From Girardia tigrina (Eukaryota), in assembly GCA_001938485.1 (NCBI GenBank), contig MQRK01195294.1, positions 1-56,068 of the forward strand: a stretch of DNA of 56,068 nt, read 5' to 3'. The notes beneath the pieces are model-generated. The model was not told the DNA's origin. It saw only the letters and a list, made by a program, of their open reading frames with translations, and made no database searches. Each line of letters opens with the position of its first letter. Positions within the stretch are counted from its first letter, which is position 1. Positions 24,818 to 38,869 of the stretch are shown piece by piece. The translations under genes and the position numbers were made by a program.

Positions 24818-26129
24818 CGAGGTGTGTCCCAAAAGTTCGCGGACTGATAAGTAACAACAAATTCAAAAAGTTTATTCCAATTAACAAAATTGATCAATCC
24901 TCATCAGAATCGCTATAGAACTTTTCAATATAATTACCATTCAGTTTCACACACTTTTCCTATCTCTGTGTCAACTTCCTAATACCATTATCGAAGAAAA
25001 TAGGCGGTGTGACCGCAATCCACGCACTGACTGCTGTTTTCATTTCATCCAAATTCGCGAAATGATGTCCTCGAAGGGGTTTCTTCAATGCCGAGAAAAG
25101 GTCCGGTGAATATGGGGGGGTTGAGGCAAAAGTGTCCAGCCCAATCGTTGCACGGTAGTGACAGTCAACTTCGCTGTATGGGGACGTGCGTTGTCCTGTT
25201 ACAATAATGGGATGGATGACAACTTTCCCCAGCCGTTTGTTCTTGAGAGCTTTGCGCAGATCTTTGTCGAGCAGGTTCGTGTAGTATGCGTTGTTGATGG
25301 TGAATTATCCCATCACAGTCCCAAAAGTCTGTAACCATTACCTTCCAGGCTAAAGAGACAGTTTTTGCCTTTAAAGGGGGTCTGTCACCTGGGCCGCACC
25401 ATTGAAGGGACTGCTCCTTGGTTTCATTAAGATAAAACGGGAGCCACGTTTCGTCCACTGTCACAATCCGTGACCAGAATGCCTCACCGAGATCATGAAC
25501 CAGTTGCAGTAGTTCTTGACAAGCAGACTTTCGATTAGCCTTCTGGTCGTTTTTGAGGAGGCGCGGCACCCACCTGGTAGTCAGTTTCCTCATATGCAGC
25601 TCCTCTGACATGATGCGGTGCACCTGAGTTTTAGAAACGACTGTAATAGCTGTTATCTCACGGATAGTGAGACATCTGTCACCAAGAATGACTTCCTCGA
25701 TAACTTTTCCATTTTCTTGACATCCTGACGTTGTTGGTCGCCCACTGCCTTCATCATCCTCCAATGATTGACATCCTGGAATCGTTGCACCCACTTAAAG
25801 ACAGCCGTTCTTCCCATAGCAGCATCACCAAAGACGCGGTGTAAACGGTGCACAATATCTGCAGTCGGAGTGTCTTCCTTCCAGAGGAAATAGATGATTA
25901 CTCGTTAAGATTTCATTGTCTCTTCCATACTAACTACAAGAGAGAAAAATGACAAATTAATACATTCGTATGTCACACACATGCCGACGGGCAGCCAATG
26001 AGATTTCACCTCAATTATAATTGGTTGGTTCCCCCCTCATGTCATCGTACACACACCGCGCGTTACAGTCACGCACACACGTGACCACGCCATATTCTCT
26101 CAGTCCGTGAACTTTTGGGAAACCCCTCG
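24818..26129 (-). mobile_element. Full-length decayed mariner (irritans/Hsmar2-like), 1312 bp
   Basis: TA|CGAGGTGTGTCCCAAAAGTTCGCGGACTGA ... TCAGTCCGTGAACTTTTGGGAAACCCCTCG|TA. WVPRLL and IVTVDETW motifs; frameshifts. Confidence 0.95.
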
Positions 26130-26951
26130 TATATTTAAAAATTTCATTAATTTATTTATTCATTTATTCACTTAAGCATTATTTAATAACACATCATTTC
26201 ATTTATTCTTTTATTAAAACTTTTTTTTCGACTTTTTTATTCGACGTTTTAACATGGTACCGACTGAACAACTGTGACAATGAGTTCCATAGAACCAAAT
26301 ATTCTGTAAGTTACTTGACAAATTGCTTTGTATGTTTAAACGTAGTTGAAATGTATGTATTCTTACGAATCCCATTAAAACAAAATAATAATTACGTGCG
26401 TGTGGTCACATAACGCGGCTAAACTGACTGATTCAAATCGTAATTTTTTATTTTTCAACTGTTTTTAAACAAAATTTATTTCAGATTTCATAAATGAAAT
26501 TTCTTACCGTAGAAATTTTCGATGAATTCGGTGAAAGGAAACCTTCAAATTATTTTATTTTGTTAGAAAAAGTTGATAAAAATGTAATATAATTGAAACC
26601 ATCAAACTCTGAATGGGTAATGAATCGGATTCAATCAAAATAGATTAAGTAAATAGGGGTACTCGACTGGTACCGTAGACAGCGCTGGAGACAGAATAGG
26701 ATTGATTCCTATCGCCATTATCAGCCTGCTTTACAACTCACAATTTCGTTCATTTGGAGATTTGTATCCATGATCACTCAGGCCTCCCATAATTTCTAAT
26801 AATTATTATCTTGTTATTATTTTTATTCCGTTTCTCTATGAATGCTTTTTTTGATTTTTTTTAATATGATTTAATAACCTGTCGAGCAATGGCATTTAAA
26901 AACTAATTTTAAGGTAAAATTTTTTGACACTTTGAATGGTAAAATTAAATA

Positions 26952-29119
26952 CAGTGAAACCTCCCCATAAGGTACACCCCATTTAAGATACAGCGCAATA
27001 TAAGGTACAGAAATTATTTTTTGTATTTCACTGCATAAAATGACTTGGAATCCTCTCTACATTGGGTACACCACCATAAGGTACAGTTTTAATAAGAAAA
27101 TCAGCAAAATTTTATTAATATAACCCTTGTTTTTTATTTAAAAATCATTTTAAATCATTATTAAAAACCATTTGTTTAAATAATATTTATTTAAAAGCAT
27201 TTATTAATTTTAAAAATATCCGGGGGTTACACGGAAGATTGGCCTTTTTAACACCCATAAAATGGGCAATTCCTCAAAAAAGATTGAAAGAGAAAAGATA
27301 GATTTGAAAACAAAGATAAAAATCATGCAATTTGTCAAGAAAGGAAACAGTATAAGGTTTGCTGCAAAGGAATTCGCAGCAGTTCAAAAAGCATTGGAAA
27401 AGAAAGAAATTATAATGGCAGAGATAGAGTCGGAAAGGTCGCTAAGAATAACAAGAATAAATAAACAAAGCAACGTGAACATTATTTTATGAAGATGGTT
27501 TGCCAATGCTAGATCATTGGGTTATCCAATAAGTGGTCCTATTTTACAAGAAGAGGCGCTAAAAATAGCAAAAAAATTGGTATTGAAGACGGGACATTTA
27601 TGACATCTGAAGGGTGGCTTCAAAAGTTGAAGTCTAGGAATGATATTATAAGTTACAAAATTTGCGGGAAATATGGTGCAGCTGATATTAAAACTGCTAT
27701 AGAATGGAAATCAAATTTAATGTTGTTTTATGTAGATTATGATTTTGCCGACATATTCAATATGGATGAAAGTGGATATATGTTCAAATTCTTACCGGAT
27801 ACGACATTGTCTAGATCTAGAGATATTTGTAAAAGTGGAAAACATGCTAAAGACAGATTAACAATTGTTTTAACGTGTTCCGTATGGGCGAAAAACTCCC
27901 AATTATAATAGGAAAATAAAAATTACCTAGATGTCTAAGAAATAATGATTTCTCTAAGCTAAACGTTAAATATAGGTCAAGTTCAAAAGCCTGGATGACT
28001 ACAACCTTATTTAATTCGTATCTTAGAGAATTGAACGACTATTTTAAGAAAAGAAATAGAAAAATACTTTTATTTCTGGATAATGCACCAGTGCATTTAA
28101 TTGATCCTGAAAATAAACTAACAAATATTAAGCTAATTTTTTTCCCACCTAATTTAACCAGTGTGTTACAACCACTCGATGCTAAGATCATAAGGAGTTT
28201 AAAGGCATATTGCAGAAAATATCACATTTTAACGTTATTAGAAAAAATTCAAGATAAAGTGCATGTATCTGAACTGGCTAAGAAAATGAATATTTTTGAT
28301 GCGATTAAATTTTTGTCTAGTACTTGGAACGATATAAAGCCTGAAACTATACAGAAGTGCTGTAAAAAATTGTGGATTTTCAAAAAATACTGATATCGCT
28401 AAATATGATTTAAATGAAATAGAAAATCAAGTGAATGAAATTGCCGAGATAGCAGAAAATATTGGGATACAGGGTAAAAATTTAATATTCGAAAAAATAT
28501 ATATCAGAATTTAAAATGCCGGCGGTTGAATATTTACGCGACGCTATAATTGAAGAGTTTTATGATAATTATCCTATTGAAGAACATGATGTGATCGAAC
28601 CCGAGATTGTGGAAATAAATAAGAATATCAATGGAATTCTAATGTCTAATGACGAGGCAATAAATTGTTTGACGAAATTAATAACTTATGCAAAAGAAAA
28701 ATATATGTATGAAGGGGAATTAAATTTGTTAAAAATGAAATAGGATGTTATTTCTCAACAAAAGAAGAATTTGAATCAAAAATCAAGTACAGATTTTTTT
28801 TATAAAAAAATAAATGTTGATTGATGCTTTAATTGTTCCTTTTTATTTTTAAATTTTACATCTTTTCTGTAAACGTTTTAAAAAAAATATATTACTATCA
28901 TTTGATGAAATCTATTTATATTCCAAAAAATATCAAGTGATTTTCTTGTAAAATTTAATAATTAGTAAATATAATATTTTTGATCTATAATTTTATTTAA
29001 CATTGCGTTTTATTTCTAGAAAAAATTGCACCAAAAATTTTATGTTACATTCTGTATAAGGTACACTTTCGAAAAATTTTCTTGACAAATAGGGTGTACC
29101 TTATGGGCAGGTTTCACTG
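26952..29119 (+). mobile_element. Full-length decayed Tigger/pogo transposon
   Basis: TA|CAGTGAAACCTCCCCATAAGGTACACCC ... GGGTGTACCTTATGGGCAGGTTTCACTG|TA. Confidence 0.95.
27262..28815 (+). pseudogene. pogo/CENP-B-like (TIGD4/6-like) transposase, disrupted
   Basis: SEGWLQK, IFNMDESG, KDRLTIVL, LLFLDNAPVH, FFPPNLTSVLQPLD. Confidence 0.92.
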
Positions 29120-29215
29120 TAATTGATTTTGTGCTTTTCTATCTCTTATATGTGTGAAATATATGATCATTACTTATGTATTAATTAAATTATTCGAAAA
29201 CTCCGATCATCAGAT

Positions 29216-29339
29216 AGAGATAGAAAAGCACAAAATCAATTACAGTGAAACCTGCCCATAAGGTACACCCTATTTGTCAAGAAAATTTTTCGAAAGTGTA
29301 ATTTCGTCAAACAATTTATTGCCTCGTCATTAGACATTA
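29216..29339 (-). repeat. Inverted duplication of the Tigger right end plus flank (29062-29146), fused to an inverted copy of 28640-28680
   Basis: Exact reverse-complement matches of 85 bp and 41 bp. Confidence 0.92.
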
Positions 29340-32300
29340 CTAAAAAATTATTTATACACCATTTACATTTAAGTTTTACTATAATTGTTCTCTGGACTCT
29401 TTTGCAGAGATGATGAGCCATTTCTCCAATGTATGTGATATTGCACCTATGACATGTTTACCGAAAAATAGTATCCGAACTCAAAAGAGTCGGTTGAAAA
29501 TTGGTTCGATCAGTCACAATTCTTCATTGCATACTTGTATCTGAGGTAAACAAAGTAACAAATAACTGTCCATGAATAAATAAAGGAATTTAATATGTCC
29601 CCTTATCAGGGCACCATGAAATTAGAAGCACTAGAAGTACAAAATTAAGAATGATACCAGTTTATGAGCAAATGTCTTCAAACGAAAATTCACAGTACGA
29701 AATGATCAATGTAAATTTAAGTGAAGTGAGAACAGATAAAAAATGAAAGTTAAAGATTTGATTTAAAATCCGGGAATACAAATCTTAAATTTTAAAATGT
29801 CTTCTATTAATAATTTCTATTAATAAATAATATTATTTTTTTATTATTATGATTATGATAATTAATAATAATACAGCAAAAATATGTTTAAAATTATTTA
29901 TTGATATATTATAAATTATTCATTAATGTATTTAAAATTATTTAGTAAAATATTTAGAATTAATATGTTCGAATAATCGAAATTGATATATTTGTCTTGT
30001 TGTTCAATTATCTAATTATTTATAATTTTGAATATATTAATGCATATTATTACTAATAATTGTAATCTTAAATCACAAATCGTTATTTAATTATTTATTA
30101 TGAAGATCAAAATTTATTTATCGATGTCCATTTTGTTTTATGATGGAACCAGCGGTCACAAATGGGACAATGTCGAACATAATGTCTGCTACATAATATA
30201 TTATCATTATTTTATTATCAAATATACGGAACAATTAATTCAAATAATTATCACAATATATAATTATATTATTAGTTTAATGTTTTATGATTTTGGCATT
30301 GAAATAAAGAATTATAAAGTTGTCAATATTTTGATGAGCAAAATTATTAGGTTGATATTAATAATAAATAATAAGAGAATTTTTATAGCGATTTGTGTAT
30401 GGGGCACATTATCACACTTGACAAGTTAATCAAACCCAGCTCCGAGAGTTCACTTGCATGGCGATCCCTCTGGGATCGTAGTTTTATAGTCTCATCGAGT
30501 GGTCGTAAAAGACAGCTGAAAAATAGTAAGGAGGTAATGAAGAATGTATGAATAATAATAATAATTAATGAAGTAAATTGACGAATATTTTCAAATAAAA
30601 TATTTGTGATGAAAACCAATTCACTGGAAAGACATCATCGTAATCGATTGAAAGTCCATCATAAGTGAATGAGATTGTCTCGAATAATAATAATAGAAAG
30701 GGAACATTTATCACTGGTGGCAATCATTGCTCCAAATGACCTTCGTTCTCAAATTGCCTGCCGTTGTCGAGAGGCTCGCTGACTCATCCGTGTGAGACTG
30801 TTTCCCGTGTTTCCTGCTGCTAATGCTCCTGCCTCCGCTGTACCACCACTGCTGCCACTGATGATGATGATGGGTCTCGTTTCTTGATTCATTACTGTCT
30901 CGGGCCTACACAGACGTTCCTAACCCGATAGATATTGTTGCGTGGATTATGTTTTAAATTGACTCTTCTCATTCACGCTTGAAAAACCGATTTGTTTTTT
31001 CTCCATCAAAAATTACTGGCTGATTCGAGCTGCTTTTGTAAAAAAAAGAAATAGATTTTCTTTTTCCAGGAATCTTTCTTTCAATGTAATCCACTTAATT
31101 TATTGACACGAGTAATTAACATTGAATAATTTTAATGGAGTTTCGAGGGGAATGTCTGTTTGTGCAGCGATCCTCGTCACACCGACTCCGCGAGGGACGC
31201 GGCAGTGCCATCCCTCCCCTCTTGGTTTTGGGTACTTTTACACCGCAGTGGTTATTGATTTTCGGGGGGAGATAAATTTTTGTTTTAATTGACTCGTGAT
31301 GGGATTATTTATTGTTTCTTCGTCGAGGGCCGTGAGTCATGCTCGCAACACGGGATTCTTGGAGTTCCTTTGTCATTATTTGTAAAAAATATTTTCTTTC
31401 TAATTTCAAAGAAAACGATCACTAATTGAACTATTTTTGAAAACGAATTTTAACTCGTTAAATTTTTTATCATTTTTTTTGTTAAAACGGATTCCCTAAT
31501 TGTTCTCATCTCGTGCTGGTGTTTAGAGCGGAGGCGATGAAGAATACCGAGAAAAGGAAACCGGAATCTGAATTATTGGTAACAGCGCTCCAGGACATGG
31601 CCAAGAGCTGGTTCCGTTGCGGCCTGGTGTCGTCGAGATTTGTCTAATAATAAATGATAATTTGTTTTTTTCTTATCATTTTATCATTTCTTATAATCTC
31701 AAATGAGCCTTGTTTTTATCGGTAATGAATATAAACAAAATAATCCTCTGTTTGATAGGGAGCGGATTGTCTTATTATTAAATTGTATTATACCTTGGCT
31801 TGTATTATTAAAACGAAACACTATTTGAGCTATGTCGTCTAATGAATGTGGAGCGGATGCGTGGCTGAATCATTCCTCGTGGGGGGTCGACTTGTTGTAA
31901 ACCGAGCATCTCTGGGGGCTTAGTTGTCGAATTCCATGAGAGACGAATGACTCTGGAGATTTTCTTCATTTCTTTCACTTGACTTATTTTATTAATATAT
32001 ATTAGGATAATTCAAATATATACTTTTTATTATATTTACTGATTGGAACCAATTCTGAGAATTTAAAATGTCGATTCTTTTTCTGCGTCTGAATACGAAC
32101 AATATTATTAATAATGTATTATCATGAAAGTTTATTGATACAGGTCAGTGCAATGATTGCGCGAGAAATGATTAGTACAACTGCAGTGATATTTATTTAT
32201 TTGTTAAATAAAATTAATTTATACAACGAAAATAACGCGAGGAAAAAGAAGTTTATTATTGTATAATGGGAAATTATTGTATAAGTAGTAAAAGGCAAAT

Positions 32301-32453
32301 GTGAGAAGAATTTGTAGAATGAATGAATCAAATGGGAATCGCTATTTGAATTTTTCCTGGGAAAATGAACATTAGTTTTCTTGGATTGTGGATTATAGGA
32401 ATTCTGCAAAATATCCTGTGTCGATTGGGTGAGAATATCGACAAAATATTTAA

Positions 32454-32691
32454 CCCATTTACGCCGGCCGTCCTAGTTTGAGGACACTTGAAAAAATAAA
32501 CATTCAGTGACTTGATAATATTTATAAAATTTTTCAAATTTTATGACGTCTATATAAACAAAGTAATGAGTCAATGATCTTACTTTGCTTTAAATATGAC
32601 TGGTTGAGATTTTACAGTCACTGCAATATCATATCTTAGTTCAGACGAGTGTAGTTGTTTTAAAAAGTTTTTTTGTGTAGGCGTTAATGGG
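32454..32691. mobile_element. piggyBac-type MITE
   Basis: TTAA|CCCATTTACGCC ... GGCGTTAATGGG|TTTA. Confidence 0.75.
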
Positions 32692-33977
32692 TTTATAAAT
32701 TTGATTTAAGAGATTTAACATAAAATTCCGTTTGAATTGTTTCTTGCACGGTTATTCCTTTTCGTTATGCCGTATCAGACTGAGTATGCATTGTCGAGAC
32801 ACTCAGTATGGTGGTGTAAACCTTCTGCTTATTTTATGTTAGCTGTTTGGGCATATGCTAATGCTTGTTTTGATCATCGAATACTTTCCAGCTATTTCTT
32901 TACAACAGAGTTATTAATTTCTATAATCTTAATTTATTTCAATATTCCCATGAATTTTTATCTTTATAGCAAGCAAATCAAAAACATTTTTTTCAGAAAA
33001 TATACATTCTGAAAACGATGTCAGAATCTGGTAGTTATAAAGAAACACTGGCATTTTAAATAACTTTTTGTTAGTATCTTGTTATAAAAGCCAGCAAATG
33101 TTGTACTTCTTCCTGCTGTAGAAAAGTACATAAATAAGCTGTTGAAATCAAAATATTATTTCTAAAGTAAATCAAATGATCTACAATCACAATTTATTAA
33201 ACAATACTTTAACGCAAAAAGAATTATAACAGAACAAATCTACCATAACAATGTAACAAATGATAATTATAAGAAACGTATGGGAAAGTAAGAAAAAATG
33301 TGAGCAAGATTAAATAAGGTTTCAAATATTTCTAGAATTCCAGACGGTATTTTAGTGTATCTTGAAATTGATTCAACAAACAAATTTTCAGGTCATATGC
33401 CTATTCTGTCCAGAATAATAAGTCATATATAACCGCTCTTACCAACAATGGGACTGATGTAAATGTATTAGTTACTATTGATGTTTGTGTGGTAGGTTTC
33501 AATGTTAATCCTATGAATAATATCTGGAGAGGTTTATGAACATTTTCCTTACAAAACGGGTACCTTATTTATTGATGTATCCACAAATCATGCTGACAAT
33601 GAAGATATACAAATTTACTGGTAGAATTCTTATCATAACGCAATCTAACATACAAAATCACAATCACACACCTGCTGCTAAAATAAATTTATGAGTGTAT
33701 TCATCATCTTATATTTATCTGAAATATAAAGTGTTGAAAGGTTTATAATGCTATTTTGAAAAGTAAGTTTTTATTACTTTAGTTTGTGAGTTTTAAGCCC
33801 TTCAGGTCCGAAAAAGACTTACAAGATTGTCCTAAAAGTTCCCGGTCAATATTGAAAATACAATTTCTTTTCAAATTTGAAATACTGTCGTAATGAAAAT
33901 CACGATCTGTGGGGAGATCAAGAGGATTAGGAGGTCTCAGTAACACCATGAATATTAAGTGACTTATACAGAAATGT

Positions 33978-35184
33978 TATGTTATCCTAAAAGTTCCCGG
34001 TCAATAATAAAAATATATTTTTTTTCAAATTTCTTTTTGGCATTATTTATTTTATATTGATATATATATTGATTTATTTATAGCATTATTTGAACTACGA
34101 GATCAAAAAACTTGAAATCCGTGTGTTGATGCAACACTATTGGAAGAAAGGCTTGACAAAATGAGATGCTGCCAAGGCATTTTGCAAAGTTGAAGGTACA
34201 CAAACGGTCGGAAAAAGTACGGCAAATGATTAGCTCAAGCGTTTCAATAAAGGCAACTTTGAATTGAATGACAGCCCTCGTTCTGGGCGACCAACAAAAT
34301 TGGATAACGATGACTTGCAAACAGAGTTGGATATGAAGCCTTCGTTAAGCATTCGCGATTTGGTATTTAAGCTTGGAGTTGGCAAGTCAACCATACATGG
34401 ACATTTGAAGCTGCTCGACTTTGTGCACAAAAAACCGCGTCAAGATCCACACAAACTCACCAAAGTACAAGCCGATAAAAGAGTCCTAATTTGTTGACAA
34501 CTGCTATAGAATCCACGAGATGACCGCTTTTGGAAATGAATCGTGACGTCGGACGAGAAGTGGGTCTACTTGGGCAACCACAACCGAGACAAGCAATGCC
34601 GTCAGTTCCAAAACAAGATCAATTTGGCTTAAAAATTATGTTGTGCGTCTGGTCGAACTTTGAGGGAGTTGTGCACTTTAAGTTTGTTCAGAACGGCCAG
34701 GCCATCAATACAGAGCTCTATTGTCAACAGCTGGACCCTGTCTACGAGAAGCTCAAGGAGAAGTACCTCGCCTTAATCAACCGAAAACGTGCACTGCTTC
34801 AGCAAGACAATGTCAAGCCGCATACAGCCAAGAAGACCACTAACAGGTTCCAAGAGTTGGATGGAGTCGAAATCCTGCTTCATCCTGCTTACACACCTTA
34901 TTGCGCGCCATCCGACTGTGGTCTCTTCCGATCCATGCAACAATTTTTGAAAGGCCGCCGATTGAAAGCATTCGATGAAGTTGAACAAGCATGTCAAGAG
35001 TTCTTAGATTCGAAGCAGCCGGAATGGTACTTTGACCAGATCCGAAAGCTTGCAGACCGTTGGCAGATAGTAGTCGAAAACGATGGACTGTACTTTGAAG
35101 AATAGTTGTTATTTATTTAAAATAAATTCTTGCACTAAAAATTGTATTTGTCATTATTGACGTAGAACTTCTTGGGCAATCTAA
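33978..35184 (+). mobile_element. Decayed mariner (DD34D), with an extra left-TIR copy at about 33822-33880
   Basis: Left CCTAAAAGTTCCCGGTCAATAAT; right ATTATTGACGTAGAACTTCTTGGGCAATCTAA|TA. DSPRSGRP, QQDNVKPH, HPAYTPYCAPSDCGLF. Confidence 0.92.
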
Positions 35185-35594
35185 TATTTATACCAAATTA
35201 GCAAACCAATCTTGTTCATTGTGCCAATATTCTTTATATGATGAATAATAATATAAGTTTGGTTTTATGTTTATTTTTGTTATTTCGGCTCTTTTACAAG
35301 AGTCTTGAATTAAGGGAAAAGAACTCAATGTGTTCAAGGTGTAAACATTGCGTTTAAGAGTTGCACTATTTTGTATTCAATTTGTCCTTTACTCAATTTT
35401 TCATCCAATTTCGGATATACTAAATGATTTATTATTCACTGTTCCACAAAGATTTGTCGCAAAAAAAGATTTGATGCAAAAGAGTAAATAAATTTGTATT
35501 GCTGTCTAATTATAGACATAAAGCATATAAAATTGTTTTATTAAAACAATTTAATATTTATATAAAAAAAGTTTTAATCAACTTATATTTCAAT

Positions 35595-35652
35595 ATATAT
35601 ATNNNNNNNNNNNNNNNNNNNNNNNNNNNNNNNNNNNNNNNNNNNNNNNNNN

Positions 35653-35687
<35 letters not shown>
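35595..35687. repeat. (TA)n microsatellite spanning a gap
   Basis: Seen directly in sequence. Confidence 0.95.
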
Positions 35688-35692
<5 letters not shown>

Positions 35693-35945
35693 AGTCATTA
35701 TAGTTTATATTTTAATTTATTTTAAAAAATATTTTATTAAATTATAAAAACCAATTAAAACTAAATGTAAATAAATTTGAATCTCTAAAATTTCTTTAAT
35801 TAAGACTTTAAACATCTTCATTTAAATTTGGAAGAAACTTATTACTTTTTTTAATTTTTATTAGATTATTAAATTTTCATTAATTTAAAAATGCCATTTT
35901 TGTTCGAATGATTAGTTATCGAAAGTGCAATAAAACACCAATTTT

Positions 35946-36032
35946 CCACCTGAGTGGGAGAATCACAATTCCAATTTCAAGACACTTAAATCAATACACA
36001 ACCCTCATACACAAATTAAGAAATTCCTCACA
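35946..36032 (-). repeat. Diverged LTR 5'-end copy (family of the LTR at 11802)
   Basis: ccacctgagtgggagaatcacaattcc...attcctcaca. Confidence 0.6.
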
Positions 36033-38139
36033 ATATTCATGCGTTCTAACATATGTACCCAAAAAAGATTAAAAAATTGTGAATCAAATATTTTTAGACT
36101 TTTCTTCGTTTACATTACTTTTCTTCACTGTCTACTACAAATATATAAGTTACTATATGATTCATCCTGTATATGATTATTAAATGCTATTGTGAGATAT
36201 TAAAAAATTAAATTAAAAATAATTAAATAAATATTGCGGAATCATCAAATGTAGAATATTTCTAAATTTGTATTAGTTAACTATTACGGGGTCGAGAACA
36301 AAGGTAACCTTTGACTCTATTTTTATTTTTATATAACCGATATATGTGTTTGTAGTTTACTTTTATTAAATATACTTTAGTGCAGAACCTTTGTCTTCTA
36401 ACAGCTATATTATGAATTTTTATTTCCAAATAATAAAATATATTATTTTGTGTTTTATCTCATTCTATTTTTCTTTTTAATATGTCTGACAAAAAAGAAG
36501 CTAAAAATATATTTCTCTTAACTCCAAATATAAATTTCATGGACAAAACAAAAAATAAAAAACAAATGAGAATGAATAACTTTGTGAGATAAATAATTGC
36601 CAAGCTAACTTTTTAGACACTGGTAAACAAGAAAAGAAGACAAAAAAGAAGAAGAAAAATAGTTTATAAAGATACTTAAACAATAATATAGACACTCATT
36701 CATTCCTATTCTCATATACTACGGGTAATTTAAGTAAGGATGATTGAGTGTTCTTCAGAAGATTTAAGATTACATATTTGTACAGCACGAATACAAAATT
36801 ATGTATACAATATTATTTTAACAAAACACTTCTGTTAATAATATATAATACCTAAAGGAAAATAAAACAATCAAGCAGTTCCCAAACCAGTATTTATTTC
36901 AGCTCTGACTCGTATGCGCGTACCAAGCAAGTCTTCTCGCCAACAATGTCCATTAGGAAGCAGATGCCAGAATCTCGGGCTTATCTCTGAGATTTAGGGA
37001 ACGCAAAAGGAAACGTCAGCAAAAAGAGAAAGAAAATATCAACTTTATAATTGCATTATAAATTAATAAACAAATATTTTCAGACAAATTGTCAAAATAG
37101 ATTCAATTAAAAAAATGATTGAAATAATTCATCAATTAAATATGACACAAATTCGACTCAGATTCGTCGACAAAATCCGAAGTAACTTATTTGGAGATTA
37201 ATAAATAGTTGAGAGTATGATTTATATAAGTAGGAGTTGTCAACGTGGTGAACAATAGTTCTGTTGGACGCCGCCGGCTTGGATGAATGGAAGTTACACT
37301 ATTTGTTAAGACTAGGTTGACCAACAAACCCTTGTTCTCATAGAGAGTAGTACTCCGCAGCCTGGGTTTTGCGGAATCCATGACTTCTGTATCTAACGTG
37401 ATTCGGATTTTGTTTTTATTTTTCTTTCTTTTAATTTTTTTAAAATTTTATTTCATGTCACATCTGTTTTTGTAGACTTCACCCATAAAATAATTTACTT
37501 ACATGTTTATAAATGAAGTGCTTATTCATTTGTATTTTTGATTTCAATAAAAACAGCATGCCATTGTTTTTCGCCACAGAGGTTGCAAAAATAATGTTTT
37601 AGCTGTAGGGCTCGACCCATGAAAAGGATTGAAGAACATTGTCCTAGAGTCTTTAATGTACTTTTTCAAAGATATTTATGAGGATTTAGTTCATTTTCTT
37701 TCGCTATTCGAGATTTAAATAATTTAAAACTTAAAATAGATTTCCAAAATATTAAAAAATATTTATTTGAAAAGAACCTGATATGAGAGAGCGTTCGCAG
37801 TGCTGTCGCGGCACCCTGTAGTCGTGAGGTGGTGGTGGGATCGGGGGGAATAAGTTAATTTTAAATAATTTAACAGTTAAATGAAAATTAGTACAATTAT
37901 AATAAATCACTCGATCACATTGAGACAGTCACCATAATGAAAAACACAATCAAATTAATTACAAATGAGTACCACTGCTTCATCACAGCTTCGGTTGATT
38001 CAGAACTGTACACTTCGCTCTTCGATCTTTGGTGTTAAACTGCTGTTCACTTATTTATCGCCAAAAAAGCCTTAATGAGGTTTTGGGGCGATGTGGTGCA
38101 AGTGGTCTTCTTAGTAGACTTAAAAAAATGTTCATGAAA

Positions 38140-38665
38140 TATGTCCAGATTTTGTCCAGCAAAAGAAGGCGATATAAGGTCAGATAATCAATTTCGATTT
38201 AGCCAACAGGATTCGTCTTACAAAGCGATAATTGCGGTAATGGATGAAACGGATGGAACTCAACCATCGGAAGTTGAAAGGAAGAATAAGTTAAACTTCG
38301 AGACTTTGTCACATCAGGAGGTGATGGGAGCCATAACTAAATGATAAGAATAATTTGAATCCTTTTTTATGTAGTAGTATCAAATGTAATTGTATTTATA
38401 ATAGTAGTAAAAATATTAATGATAGTTATGATATTGATAATATTTATAAAAATAATAAAATTGTTAAGGAATACAATGTCAATAGTATGACCCCAAAAGA
38501 CAAAAACAAAAATTGCTTGAATCAGGGTAGCGAATGGATAAATGAGAAGGGGAATGAAACGAAAATAAGACAGCCTTTAAAGAATTCAAGATTAAAGTTA
38601 GATTATGACATATTTAATGGGAGGCCGAGTATGAAAGCAAATATTGATGGTGTAGTGAATTAAAA
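38140..38665 (+). mobile_element. Probable Gypsy gag/protease remnant
   Basis: GRPSMKANIDG resembles the start of a retropepsin. A later protease-like motif VVCVNGSCMEVIG occurs at about 39405. Confidence 0.4.
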
Positions 38666-38869
38666 AATAATCGATAATAAATTTTTTTAATAACAAAAAC
38701 GATGAAAAAAATGTGAACGACTGATCGAAAATGAAAATGGCTGGCGGTGATGTGGAGCGAGAATAAATAAAAATTATGAATTAAAAAAATGTCGGATAAT
38801 TTTGTTTATTTGAATTAAATAAATACATATTTTTGAACACGAATTGGAATTTTAATATGTTACGAATGA

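Noticed and set aside
29190-29213. Hammerhead-like CTGATGA on the minus strand
   Set aside because: No correctly placed GAAA and no stem I.
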